A stretch of 64,000 nt of DNA. Source: Paraspadella gotoi (taxonomy: Eukaryota > Animalia > Chaetognatha). The notes below the pieces were generated by a model. It did no database searches. It saw only the letters and a list, made by a program, of their open reading frames with translations, and had not been told where the DNA came from. Both the position numbers and the translations under genes were made by a program. Below are positions 24,101 through 39,100 of the stretch, piece by piece. The stretch lies in the NCBI GenBank assembly GCA_051294375.1, contig CM119263.1:30629376-30693375 (forward strand), read 5' to 3'. The stretch's first letter is position 1. Each line of letters opens with the position of its first letter.

Positions 24101-27100
24101 TGTTTTTTATTCTTTATAGATTTAGGATTTCTCTAAGGCGGCGCTAGCAATCCTTTAGATTTTGTATTTTTTCCTTTCTTAACAAATGAGCAACCAACTA
24201 TATGTAAGTTATGAGCATTTTTAACGTAAGTGGGACAGACCAATGGACGGACTAATGGACCAACCGACGGACACACCGACTGAAAAGTCACATATAGAAA
24301 AAAACTAACCTTTATTCCTAACTTAAGATGGAATGCGGCGTTCTGAGAAATTAAAGCAAACAAAATGAAAAGAGTTTTCAACTAATTTTTAGATCTTCCT
24401 TTTGATTCGTCTCACTGCAAGTTGTTTTGTTGGTTTTACTCAATATGAAATAAGAACAACTGATTTTAATCGAGTTTTACATCACGTTGTAACGAAGCAG
24501 TTAACAAAATATATTTTTGTGGTCCTACCTATTTATCTATTAGAATTGTGGTTAAAGATATCTATTGAACCAATTTGCAGTGTGTTTTGCGTGGTTTATT
24601 TGACTGTTACATCTTCGAGCAGATTTTATTTTATATTAAGAAATGATTATGGATTAAGCGATACTTATTTGTTGACAATGTTAGTGAGACACATTTTGGG
24701 CCTTACGTTAATCATTTTAAACCTGACTTTGATATGGACTTTATTGCCTTACGTTGAATGTCGAGAGAGTTTCCCAGCGAAGAAGTTAAACTTTCTTGAT
24801 TGTTATGATTATGAATGCACTTTTGTGAATTTTAATTTGGATAAATGTTTATATCGTACATGGTTAAGTTTAGTGAAAAACGAGTTCGCCCAGTTTCCAT
24901 TTGTTAATACAAACAATTCCACCAAAAAATTGGTTGATATAACAAAATATACTATGGGTTTTCCAAGTATCATTTATCATTCAGCACTTTTCACAGTTTG
25001 GTGCATGATACATCGTGTTGGTATGAATAAAGTTTATTCTATGAACTTTCTTGAAAATATTTATTTTCTTTTTTTAGCTGCTTTTGGTTATGCGGTTTAT
25101 ACTTTGTATATGGCTGGTTTAATATGTTCTTACTTTTACAATAAAAACCAAGAAAATATGTCATATGGTGACAGATTAAGCATACTTGATTCTTATTTCG
25201 ACATAAATAATTTTGAAGAAATACAAAAGAAATATTTCCGGAAGTATTTTCTCTTAAAGGTTTAAAAGAAATTTTGTTAATGAAATATAAATGAAGCATA
25301 AAATAGATATTTAATGAATATGAAATTGGTTCAACAAGTATAAAAATGATACAAACCAAAGTGAAAATATTTGATAAGCTATTCTTAAATAAATCTTCAT
25401 CATCACTGGTTAATAAGGCGTAGTGAAAGTTAAATACAAAAATTCTAAAAGTCAATTATGAACAACATACCATCAGTGAACATTAATTTGTAAAAAAAAA
25501 TAATTTTATGTTTTTTAATTTTCGCAGTAGGCCATATTTATATATAGTACTATCCTTATAAAATCGAAAAATTTCAAAATAGGCTTTTCTTAATTTTGAT
25601 TGCAGATTTGAATTCCTCGTCAAAAGTTGATAAAAGAAAATATAAATCATTTTTAAAAATTCTTTCATTAAGTGGGTTAAAAATTAAAAAAACTATATTT
25701 AATATATAAAAAATTAATTTTCAGCTTAAAATATAGCTTTTTTTTAATTTTTACCCACTTAATGAAGGAATTTTTCAAAAAGAGTTATAATTCTTTTTAT
25801 GACGAATCCAAATCTGCAAAAAAAATCTTAGAAAAACTGTTTTAAAAATTTAACATTTATTGGTTTAGTACTAGTATAAATATGGCCTACTGCGTAAATT
25901 GTAAAATTTATTATAATTTTTTTTATTACATAAATGTTCATTAGTATAATGTTGTTTATTCCTCACTTTTAGAATTTTAATTAAAGTTAAATTTAGAAAT
26001 TTTACTACGCCTTACTGGGTAGGGAAGCGTGTGATTGAGCTGGACATGAAGTTTCGATGGAATCGTCCGAGTGGAAATGAGTTTATATGGGGAAAAAATA
26101 TATATTTCACTATTTGAACACCAATTGCTAATGAGTGGAAGGGGCAATTGACCTGAAATTTTGTATGTGGGTAGGAAAGTTTGTGATTAAGCTGGAAATG
26201 AAGTTTTGATGGAATCGTCTGAGTGGAAATGAGTTTAAATGGAAAAAACAAAAAATCTGTTTCACTAATTGATTATGCTTCTTTTTATTTTTATATTAAA
26301 TGTAAATGCAAGATATATTAATTAATAAAATAATTAATCAGTTAATTAATCAATTAGTCAATTAATTAATCAATAATTAAATAATCAGTCAATCAATTAA
26401 GTCATTCGTTATCGGCATTATTCTCATCGTCATCATTGCTTTTGTCGTGGTTAGTGACGAAAAGACCTAAAACAAACAATTGAGATCAAATTAATGATTA
26501 ATTAATTAATTATTTATTATTTAATTATTAATTAATTAATTACCGATAAAACTTGTTGTTATTATAATCGATATGATTTTAGTAATTGTTGTTGCTTCAG
26601 CATTCGTAGCCATACATATTTATATTAAAAAGAAAAAAAAATTTAATTGTAAAAAATGAAAAGCGTATTTTGTTTTTAGATGTATTGATTTCATTTTCAT
26701 TGAGAATCTTTCTGATAGCATCTTCATAACGATATAGTATTTAAAAATGAGCTGCTGGCCCGCTTACCACGACGTCATAAAGAAACAATCATATATTTTT
26801 CATACGTAAATATTTTAAAATCAACAAGAATATTTCACAATATTGACGATGATTTATTATACAGTTTATCATATTTTTTAAAAAACAAATACTATTTGGA
26901 AGGAGAAACTATTATGAATCCAGACACTGTTCCTGCTGGCCTTACAATTATTAGAAAGGGTACGGCTCAAGTGATCGCTCTTAATGAAGCTATTATGTGC
27001 CAACTCGAAAGGGGAGAATGTTTTGGAGAATTGAATATATGCAAACAATTAGCAACACCTCTTTTAATTATTGCCAAGTCTGACTGTCACGTTTGGAACC

Positions 27101-30100
27101 TTTCAAGAGAACATTGTTCGAATGTATTTAATGTTGCTCCAAATTATTTACGAAAAAAATTACTTTTGAATCATTATGAAATATTGAAAAGTGCTAGATA
27201 TAAATTTCAAAAGTCATTGAACGTAATTTCACCTTATGGTTTAAAAAAAGCAATTGATATTTACGGCTCAAGTCAACCCACTCGCTTCCCTTTTGAATAT
27301 TGTACAATTCCGGCGGAAATAGAAGGTTATGTTTGTGAATTTGATAAAATAAAATATTATCATATATACATACATTAAAGCCATCTATCTGTATTGACGC
27401 TCGTGGCGGCATTTGGGCATGACTGTAGGGAGAGATAAGAGGGTCGAAGTCCGACGGCCGTGGATTCGATATCGGCGTCTTAATTTGCCCCGTTTCTCGA
27501 GATAAATATGATATTAAGGATTATAAGGACGATGAAGAAGAGGGAAAAAGGGTTGAGGCTATCTGTATTGTTTTAATAAACGTTTGAAAATTAAATTCAA
27601 ATAATCTTCAGTTTTGAAACCACGATCGTTGCCATCTTGAAAAAACAGCCAGAAAGTTGAGCCACCTCGAACACTAGCTATAAAATATATTAACAAAGAT
27701 ATTATACATCTTGTAGTCGGTCAATGAATAAGTTCACCCCGCCTATAAGAACTCCTTTGCTCATGACCATAAGGTAACAGGATTGATCTCCAATGGTACC
27801 TACCTTGCTGGAAGCGTAAGGATGGCCTTAAACCGCCTTGGGGGCCAGGAAAACCCTCAAGCCTGGTTCCAAGCCCAGGACCCATTCCACGGCTGCTAGA
27901 GAGGGTTAAAGAAGTTACGGATAGCACTCTTCAGTCCATTTAGCGCCTTATATACAATCTTATACATTTTAAAAATCTAAAAAATATTATAGTATTGTAA
28001 GCAAATTCACAAATTTAATCAGAAAAACATTCTTGGACTGATGAATCAACTTTCTTTATTGCTTGGAATTATTTTCTGGCTTTATTTGCTTTTTGCCTGT
28101 GGGTTATGATATTCTTTATAAGTTACGTTCCAGTATCTTCCTATGACATATTTATTGTAAGTTATAACCACTACAACCAGGTATATTTTAAGAAAATATA
28201 TTAGAAACGAAAAAAAATTGTTTCAACAACGATATATTTTTTAGAAAAACACATGTTTCAACTCTTTTTGCTGAAGAAGTCTCACAAAGAGAGTCTGTTT
28301 TTCTAAAAATATATAGTAAGGCGTAGTGAAAGTTACATACGAAAATTCTAAAAGTCAATTATGAACAACATACCATCAGTGAATATTAATTTGTAAAAAA
28401 ATTAATTTTATGTTTTTAAATTTTCGCAGTAGGCTATATTTATATATAGTACTATCCTTATAAAATCGAAAAATTTCAAAATAGGCTTTTCTTAATTTTG
28501 ATTGCAGATTTGAATTCCTCGTCAAAATTGATAAAAGAAAATATAAATCATTTTTAAAAATTCTTTCAATAAGTGGGTTAAAAATTAAAAAAACTATATT
28601 TAATATATAAAAAATTAATTTTCAGCTTAAAATATAGCTTTTTCTAATTTTTGACCCACTTAATGAAAGAATTTTTCAAAAAGAGTTATATTTCTTTTTA
28701 TCAACTTTTTATGACGAATCCAAATCTGCAAAAATATTTTAGAAAAAACTGTTTTGAAATTTTAACATTTATTGGTTTGGTACTAGTATAAATATGGCCT
28801 ACTGCGTAAATTAAAAAATTTATTATAAATTTTTTTATTACATAAATGTTCATTAGTATAATGTTGTTCATTCCTTACTTTTAGAATTTTAATTAAAGTT
28901 AAATTTAGAAATTTTACTATGCCTTAATATATAGTTCTTGAAAAAAACATTTTTTTTTTCGCTTTTAATTCTCAAACACATCGAAAAAAATGTTTAACAC
29001 CAAATAAAATATATTAAAATAAAACTTTTTAATGTAGAACTAATGGAATTATAGTCTTGCGCAAAATAAAGGACACTCATAAATCTTAAATTAAGGTTGT
29101 CTTACGTATAACATTTTTAAATGGGAATCCATACTAGAGCGTTGAAAAATAACAAAATATAACAAATCAAGTGAGGTACATAGCTATTTTAGTGTAATGT
29201 AGTCTGTAGAATTCGATGGTGATGACCATTTTTTTGTATAATTTTATCTTTATTGTCGGAAATGACGGTTTTTAATGTATATAAAATTGTTAGAAAATAA
29301 CAAAACTATTATAAGTTATGATAAATCATATTATTTAAATTTTATAAAATTTATATGAGCTTTTGAAATATAAAAATAAAGACTTATAAAAATATTTTGG
29401 TAAGTTTATTTCTAAATTTTATGTTTTATAAAAAGTTAGTTAACTATATTTATTAATAATTATGAGTAAAAATTGGGCTAAAGTTAAAAAATAATAATTT
29501 CAAAATTGTTTTCATGGATTTGCATTCTTTGCAAAAAGTTGATATAAAAAATATAATTTTTATATCAAAATTATGTCATTAAGTTGGTCAAAATTCAGAA
29601 AAACTATAATTTTAAGCCAAAAATTGAAAAATTAAACAAAAATAATAAATTTTAATATTTTTAACCTACTTAATGAAATAATTTTTTTAAATGGATTATA
29701 CTTTCTTATATCAACTTTTTGTAAGGAATTCAAATCCGGTTTTAAAATTGTAAAATTTTATTTTTTTACTTTAGCTTATTTTTATTATTATTTATTAATA
29801 AATATAGCTTACAAACTATTAATGAAATATAAAATTTGTAAATAAACTTACCAAAATATTTATATTGGTCTTTATTTTCATATTATGTCAGTTAAATATG
29901 GCTTTTATAAAATCTTAATAATTTGAGTTTCTTATACTTTACAATGTTTGCTCCATATATGCTGCAAAAATCGCCATTTCCGACAAAGAAGATGAGACTA
30001 TACAAAAAATGGTTATCATCATCGAATTCTACAGACTTTATTACACTAAAATAACTATTTACCTCACTTGATTTGTTATATTTCGTTATTTTTCAACGCC

Positions 30101-33100
30101 CTAATCCATACGTATAAGTTAAAAGAAACTTGGTTCAGCCATTTAAGAGAAGTGGACAAAATCAAAATAAGAAATACTTATGGTGGACTAAAATCCACCA
30201 ACTGTTCATTAGCGGCTATTGGTGCCGGAGCCAAGTCGTTTGCCTCCCAATCAAAAGGTCCGGGGTTGTAGCCCGGTGGTCGCCTGATCCGAAGCTCGGC
30301 GACTGCTTATATCGAACGGTTCTGTCACTTACACATAACAATTCTTACTGTTTTTTCAATAATAAATTTTCCAATTTACGCAGTAAGTCATATTAAGTTG
30401 ATCAAATATTAACAAGTTTGAGCAAACAATGTCGGATCTGCCTACGAAAATTAATTATTTAATTAATTAATCGATTAATTAATTAATTAATTTTAATATT
30501 TAATAATTAATTATAAATTTATATACAGCTTATCATCATCGATGTCCTTAAAATAAAGTAAATGTGACTTATATTTTTTCCATTTAAACTCATTTCCACT
30601 GGCACAATTCCGTCAAAACTTTATATCTAGCTTCTTCACAAACTTTCCTTCCCGCTCACAAAATTTCATCTCAATCTATTATGGGTTAAAATAATTAAAA
30701 AGAGTCAAGTAAATGTGACTTATATTTTTTTCATTTAAACTCATTTCCACTCGTACCAAAACTTTATATCAAGCTTCGTCACACATTTTCCTACCCACAC
30801 ACAAAATTTGAACTCAATCTATCCATCCAATTATGATTAATTAGAGTATTTATTGGTTAAAATAAGTAAAAAGATTTTAGTAAATGCGACTTATGTTTTT
30901 TCCATTTAAACTCATATCCACTCACATGATTCTATCGACACTTTATATCCAGCTTCAACACACATGTTCCTACCCATACACAAAATTTCATTCCGATCCA
31001 ACCAGCCAATCACGAGTTATTGGGGCTTTTTGCTAAGATGGACGGATGGACAGATTGATTGACTGATTAATTAATTAGTGATTAATTAATTGACTAATTG
31101 ATTAATTAACTGATTAATTATTTGATTTATTAATACATCCTGCATATACATTTAATATAAAAGGAAAAAAATCATAATCAATTAGTGAAACAGGTTTTTT
31201 GTTTTTTTTCCATTTAAACTCATTTCCACTCAAACGATTCCATCGAAACTTGGTTTCCTGTTCAATCACACACTTTCCTACTCACATACAAAATTCCAGG
31301 TCAATCGCCCCATCCACTTGTAAGCAATTGGTGTTCAAATAGTGAATTATATTTTTTTGTTTTTCCATTTAAACTCATTTCCACTCGGACGAATCCATCG
31401 AAACTTTATATCCAGCTCAATCACACACTTCCCTACCCACACACAAAATTTCATTCAATCCATCCATCCATCCATTGGATTGCATCCATCCATCCATCCA
31501 TCCATCCAATCACGAGTAATTGGTGTTTTTTGCTAAGGTGGGATGAACGGACGGACGGATGGACGGACGGACAGACAGACGGACATCATTTTTTTGGCAT
31601 AATTTATCATAATTCGATGTTCTGACATGATATAAGTTAGTGCCCGACAATATTGAGGGGGCGGACCGACGGACCAACTAAGTGAATTATAGAGTCGGGA
31701 TCTGCTGATAAGCAGATCCGACTAAAAAAACCTATATTTTAAGCTGAAATTTAAAATTTTATATATTAAATATAGTTTTTTAAATTTTTCACCCACTTAA
31801 TGAAAGAATTTTTAAAAATGATTTATATTTTCACATATCATCTTTTGACGAGGAATTCAAATCTGCAATTAAAATTAAGAAAATCCTATTTTGAAATTTT
31901 TCAATTTGATAAGGATAGTACTATTGATAAATATAGCCTACTGCGAAAATTGAAGAACATAAAATTATTTTTTTTTACAAATTAATGTTCACTGATGGTA
32001 TGTTGTTCATAATTGACATTTAGAATTTTTGTATGTAACTTTCACTATTAGATCTACCTAAAATCGCTCACTAAATCAGCTTTAACAACTTCTTTTATTT
32101 TGTTTCTTATTGTCTTAAGNNNNNNNNNNNNNNNNNNNNNNNNNTGATTTGTTATATTTCGTTATTTTTCAACGCCCTAATCCATACGTATAAGTTAAAA
32201 GAAACTTGGTTCAGCCATTTAAGAGAAGTGGACAAAATCAAAATAAGAAATACTTATGGTGGACTAAAATCCACCAACTGTTCATTAGCGGCTATTGGTG
32301 CCGGAGCCAAGTCGTTTGCCTCCCAATCAAAAGGTCCGGGGTTGTAGCCCGGTGGTCGCCTGATCCGAAGCTCGGCGACTGCTTATATCGAACGGTTCTG
32401 TCACTTACACATAACAATTCTTACTGTTTTTTCAATAATAAATTTTCCAATTTACGCAGTAAGTCATATTAAGTTGATCAAATATTAACAAGTTTGAGCA
32501 AACAATGTCGGATCTGCCTACGAAAATTAATTATTTAATTAATTAATCGATTAATTAATTAATTAATTTTAATTTTAATAATTAATTATAAATTTATATA
32601 CAGCTTATCATCATCGATGTCCTTAAAATAAAGTAAATGTGACTTATATTTTTTCCATTTAAACTCATTTCCACTGGCACAATTCCGTCAAAACTTTATA
32701 TCTAGCTTCTTCACAAACTTTCCTTCCCGCTCACAAATTTCATCTCAATCTATTATGGGTTAAAATAATTAAAAAGAGTCAAGTAAATGTGACTTATATT
32801 TTTTCATTTAAACTCATTTCCACTCGTACCAAAACTTTATATCAAGCTTCGTCACACATTTTCCTACCCACACACAAAATTTGAACTCAATCTATCCATC
32901 CAATTATGATTAATTAGAGTATTTATTGGTTAAAATAAGTAAAAGATTTTAGTAAATGCGACTTAATGTTTTTTCCATTTAAACTCATATCCACTCACAT
33001 GATTCTATCGACACTTTATATCCAGCTTCAACACACATGTTCCTACCATACACAAAATTTCATTCCGATCCACCAGCCAATCACGAGTTATTGGGGCTTT

Positions 33101-36100
33101 TTGCTAAGATGGGACGGATGGACAGATTGATTGACTGATTAATTAATTAGTGATTAATTAATTGACTAATTGATTAATTAACTGATTAATTATTTGATTT
33201 ATTAATACATCCTGCATATACATTTAATATAAAAGGAAAAAAATCATAATCAATTAGTGAAACAGGTTTTTTGTTTTTTTTCCATTTAAACTCATTTCCA
33301 CTCAAACGATTCCATCGAACTTGTTTCCTGTTCAATCACACACTTTCCTACTCACATACAAAATTCCAGGTCAATCGCCCATCCACTTGTAAGCAATTGG
33401 TGTTCAAATAGTGAATTATATTTTTTTGTTTTTCCATTTAAACTCATTTCCACTCGGACGAATCCATCAAGAAACTTTTATATCCAGCTCAATCACACAC
33501 TTCCCTACCCACACACAAAATTTCATTCAATCCATCCATCCATCCATTGGATTGCATCCATCCATCCATCCATCCATCCAATCACGAGTAATTGGTGTTT
33601 TTTGCTAAGGTGGGATGAACGGATGGACGGATGGACGGACGGACAGACAGACGGACATCATTTTTTTGGCATAATTTATCATAATTCGATGTTCTGACAT
33701 GATATAAGTTAGTGCCCGACAATATTGAGGGGGCGGACCGACGGACCAACTAAGTGAATTATAGAGTCGGGATCTGCTGACAAGCAGATCCGACTAAAAA
33801 AACCTATATTTTAAGCTGAAATTTAAAATTTTATATATTAAATATAGTTTTTTAAATTTTTCACCCACTTAATGAAAGAATTTTTAAAAATGATTTATAT
33901 TTTCACATATCATCTTTTGACGAGGAATTCAAATCTGCAATTAAAATTAAGAAAATCCTATTTTGAAATTTTTCGATTTGATAAGGATAGTACTATTGAT
34001 AAATATAGCCTACTGCGAAAATTGAAGAACATAAAATTATTTTTTTTTACAAATTAATGTTCACTGATGGTATGTTGTTCATAATTGACATTTAGAATTT
34101 TTGTATGTAACTTTCACTATTAGATCTACCTAAAATCGCTCACTAAATCAGCTTTAACAACTTCTTTTATTTTGTTTCTTATTGTCTTAAGAACACGTGT
34201 GATCCAAAAAAACGACAAAAAACTGACCGGAATAAAACCCTCCAGAGCGATCTAATAATATAGTACTCTCTCTGCTCACACGAAAACTTAGGAAATCAAG
34301 GAATTTGAAGTTTTTTTGTCAATTAAGTCTTTATAAATGATATTGTTTAACATAAGTTTATGAATAATATTACTTAATCTTTCCAAATTTAATATTATTG
34401 CTATTATTAATATTAATACTATAAATATAATAAATTTATGAATTTTTCTAATTTTATTTAAAATATTGTTTTAATTTCGCCATTAAATTTTTGTCAGATT
34501 TTTAAAAACAAATTTTGTTCTCACCTAATAACAGAATGCATGTTGGAATAATAACGACTGGCAGTAAAACAAAAAATATATTTGAATAGCAATTCGGGAA
34601 AATAATGCACTTTTTTTTTCTTTCTTTTTCTATCTCTCACTCATACTCGCACTTGTTTATTTTATTTATGATGACTCATCGCTTCAATGAATGACTATCA
34701 TCGCTTCAATGAATGACTATCATCGCATCAATGAATGACTATCATTGCATCAATAATTTGATTATCATTGCATCAATATTTGGTTATCATCGCATCAATA
34801 ATTGGTTATCATCGCATCGCAGATGGAATCAGAACCAAAAATGGGAATCGGATCGGCGACTCGGATAAAATTTACCAAGGACTCTGTGATTTGCTGAATT
34901 ATCATCGAAACGGACCAATGAGAAGAGAGGCTTCATGCCATCGGGAAACGAGCCCATGTCGATGATCCGATTGTATTGTAAAAATACCAGACCATTTTGT
35001 ATTGAATGCATTCTGCCTGAAATTCTGACACCGTCTTTGCCTGTGACTTTTCTGAGAATAAAATCCATTTTGGTTTCATGTTGAAATCTCTGTCTACTTA
35101 CTTAAATGTGGTGACAGGAGAGGATTCGACAAGCCACGACTCCAAGTAGAAGAAGAAAAGCCTCTACCACCCCAGCCACGCCAACCCCTAAGAAGATGGA
35201 CTTCGCCGTCAGACGAAAGACGGCTCCAGCCATTCCAGCTTATGGTGCCGGAAGCTCCACCGAAAGCGAAGGCGGTAACATTGAGCGCGAACTCGACTTC
35301 CACACTTTCGAAGTGTTGGGAGCATTACGCCAACAATGCCTAGAAGAAAACAGACAAGCCGAAAGCATTCGTCAGATCCATCAACTGATGAATAGCAACA
35401 ACCTCAAACAACAACAAAATTATCAATAGATGAATCAGCGCCTCGACGAAAGTGAGGTCGCTATCGGAGAAAAACTCGGAGCCCTCAACGAACGCCTTGA
35501 CCAAACCAAGACGCAACTGTGCTCCAAGTTGGGTGAACTTCACAGCATGATGAAGGACATGATGAAGGAGAATCGCGACATGGCAAAGGAAAATCGCGAG
35601 TACCGGGAAAAACACGACAATCGCGGTATCAGTGCCCGGTTGACCGGGCTCGCCCAAACCGCCCCACCTCCATCTTCACTCTACCCCAACTTGGCCGGAC
35701 AACAGCCACCCCAGAATCCTTACCTCGGACAACCGTCTGACAGAGGGAGTCTACCAATCCTGGAGGACTCCCCATCGGAGAGTGGTTGAAGCGATCCGCC
35801 ATCCTACGCGCCAGCTGATCAACCCATCAAGTTAGAAAAAATGAGGAACGACGAGAGCCCCGAACAATTCCTACGTAGCTTCAATGAGGCCTTTAAGGAC
35901 TCCCCGGCGACCGACAAAGTTGATCAACAACTCCGGGCCCTCCTCACCCGCGACAAAATCGCAAGCAGATTTGTCGACCCAATAAACCAATCAATGTGGT
36001 TAGGCCTCCGCGCCCTCTGCGAGGGATCTTCCTTCAGCATCGCCAAGGCCCTCGCCGAAGCCAAGGTCGAAGTAGACCCACATGTCCACGCAAAATACGG

Positions 36101-39100
36101 CCTCGCCCTTGTAAATGCAGCCAGGGAAAACTTCGAAGCCGTTAGGGAAAAAGACAGAGTCTCCATCCCGGATTATGTTGCCCAGATGCTCGTCGAAGCT
36201 CTAGAACCATATCTACCGGGCATAACCTCTGAAACCCTTGAGTGGACAAATCTACTCGAAACGGGCCAAACTCGCCAACTCGGGAAGGCCATCGAATACA
36301 AGCTGCGCGGATATTTGAAAAAGGCGTCCGACGGCGCCATTCGGAAAGTTGTCAAGACAGTCTCCGACGACGACAAGGAGAAATTGGTTAATGCCCTGAT
36401 ACAGAAGGGCCAGACGGACAAGGATCCCACCAACAGCGCTACTTCCTTTTACCAAGGATCCATGTTACAAGAAATAAATAACATGAGCGAAATGGTAAAG
36501 GAAATTAGGAAGGAGATCGGGAAACCCAGCCGAAACGGCCAGACGGAGCGTTGCTACGATCGCCGCGATGACCGACGTGAATGACGCAGCCCCGATCGCG
36601 CGTACGACAAGAAAAACTGAAAAAAAAACCCGCGATTGAAAAAACGACAGAAAAACCAATTGGCGTGACGACAGAAAAGGCAAAAAAGGCCCAAGCTTCG
36701 GTAGATGTCGCGATATTGTAGATTTAACTGATAACCTTGAAATTTATTCCTCTGATGATTTTGATGACAATTAAGATAATTACTATTACAACCGTGTAAT
36801 AAATGAATCTAAAATCGAGTTAAGACAAAAAAAGCTAAAGGACAATTATCAATCCCTCGGGGACAAAGTAATGAAAGTAGAAACAGCTGACATCAGTGAA
36901 TCAGAGAAACAAAGGGCAAAAACCCTCGCCGAGACAGCACATCAGCTAAGAGGGAAATCTACAGCATCCCAACTACACAGACTTCTCAAACCGCTCAACG
37001 CGAAAGAGATAGCCCTCACGAACAAATTCTTACACAAGCTGGGCTGGAGAGATTGGGCCAAAATCGATGCAGGCGAAAAGAAGGTCAGAATCTCCAGATC
37101 GAGGGCCTGTGCCAAGCTCACACGCAGAGCAGATAGAGCCAAAGCAAACAACTTCACGCCGGGTAATTCCAACGTCCAACCTCGCGAAGAGCTTCCAACC
37201 GGGAAGCTGATAATCCAATCCCCCCCCCGCCAAAAAGCAGAACAATAGGCAAAACCCGGATAGGAGAAACAGTAGACCAACCCTGCGAAAACTTCGGCCA
37301 ATGGGAAATAAGGGCAACCCCACGTACACAATAATCGCAGAACAATCAGGCGAGTCACTCCACCAGGCCACCATCAGGCGAGTGGAGCTGGAGTGCCACC
37401 AGCCGGAACTATTTCTCCAACCATCAGCAAAACCGGAATCTACCAAGGATGAAAAAGATTTGCCTTCTCTTCCCGAAAAAGCAACAAACATCCTCAAAGG
37501 TGACAAAGGCCCGGAGCCCAGAGATGACACTGGAAAAGCCTGCCACTCTGGCAAAAACAGCTATATTCCTACAGTCATCGCGGGAGTACCAGCAAGTTGC
37601 TTGTATGACACTGGAGCATCAGTGAATACAATCCCGAGAAAGTTCATAGACAAATGGTCATTGAACAATAGGATTTACCATGGATCGCCACTACGCCTGT
37701 CAACAGCTACAGGCACGCTCACACTAATGGAAAGAATCGACTTAAGAGTAATGTTCCAGAAATGGGTCCTGAAGACGGTTTTCTACATTTCAGCCAATGA
37801 GGATGACCAGGACATAATCATCGGCACAGCAATTACAAACCCAGGCCCTCCTGAACAACTCTGGGTTGTACAATGTACAACCATCGGGACAAAAAGACAA
37901 CTTGCAAATCGCTTCGATAGCAGGAAAACCGGTCACCCACCTTTTTGGAGACAAACACGAGGCGTTGAAAGCTGCGAGATGGTTAGCCAGAGGAAACCTG
38001 GACGAGCAGACTTCCTTACCAGTCGAGCTTGACCCTGACAGAACCACAAAGCTCACGTCCAGCAGGCCATACTGGAAAACGCTTGCTGGCTCAAGATGGA
38101 TTGTGGAGTCTCTAAACGACGACAAGGCTTATATCATCGACGGCGACCAACTCTGAGGAGTAGAAATAAATGCCCAACCCGGAGCCTGGGGATTTGCTCG
38201 CCCATTGATCACAAATGAAGCAAATTCCGAATTAGGTCTAGAGACAAAAACCACAGCTGACATGTCTGAAGAAAAACCCCTACTCAGGAAGATCAGAAAA
38301 GACAACATCCCCGCCACAACGATCATCCACCATAAACTGTCAGAAGAGGAAATCCGAGCGGTGGAGGATGCGCGCAAAAAAAGGCGCGAAAAACACGACG
38401 CCCGTGGAAAAGAGGCGTTCCTAAAACCTTTCAAGGATGTTGATCCCAGCCTACAAGAAAAGGCCCACCTCATCTGGGAAATCGTCTGGGACTACAGAGA
38501 TGTCTTTGGAGAAACAATCAACGATTGTAAGGACCTCGGTTTCACAGAAGAGGATCTGCCAAAACCAAGATTTGCAAACCAAGGCCCGGTAAAGAAGGCA
38601 GCCCTCAAAAGATACTTGGAGGTTTATGAGAAAGCTGGCATCGTCTCCCAAACTAGGAATGAGGCCTACTCAAACGCTTTCCTCATCAAAAAGCCAGGAC
38701 ATATTGCTGAAGGTCAAGACAAAATGAGTGATGAGACATTCGCGAAATAATGGAGACTTATTTGTGACTTATCAGCCGTAAATAACATTTCAACATACGC
38801 CACTGAACCACAAACAATCACCTCCATCCTCAAGCAGTATAAACCGCATGAGCTACAATGTTTGGTTGACATTCTCGCTTGTTTTCACCAAGTGAACCTG
38901 TCGGATCGCTGCAAACTGGTTACAACGTTTGCAGGGGCAGGCCACAACTGATTGATGAACAAGCTGCCCATGGGAGGCGTCAATAGCGTCAATGTGCTGC
39001 AAGCCATTCTCGATGAAATTTTTCAGGACCTGGGCACAGATGTCAAGAGTTTTCTCATATATGTGGACGATCTGATACTGACCGCCAAATCGCCCGAAGA

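Larger units (their letters stand above)
30068..34190. other. ~2 kb near-identical duplication straddling an N-gap (32120-32144); likely assembly overlap
   Basis: 30068-32119 matches 32144-34190 with only scattered 1-bp indels or substitutions. Confidence 0.85.

Noticed and set aside
21780-25565. Apparent tandem duplication of a channel exon (alternative exon)
   Set aside because: The copies abut an N-gap and differ mainly by 1-bp indels, which fits an uncollapsed assembly overlap better.
30212-30283. Functional tRNA-Gly gene
   Set aside because: The D- and T-loops are degenerate and the module is embedded in a repeated LTR; it is tRNA-derived rather than a tRNA gene.
30068-34190. Apparent 2-kb tandem duplication
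   Set aside because: Same gap-flanking overlap pattern; likely artefact.
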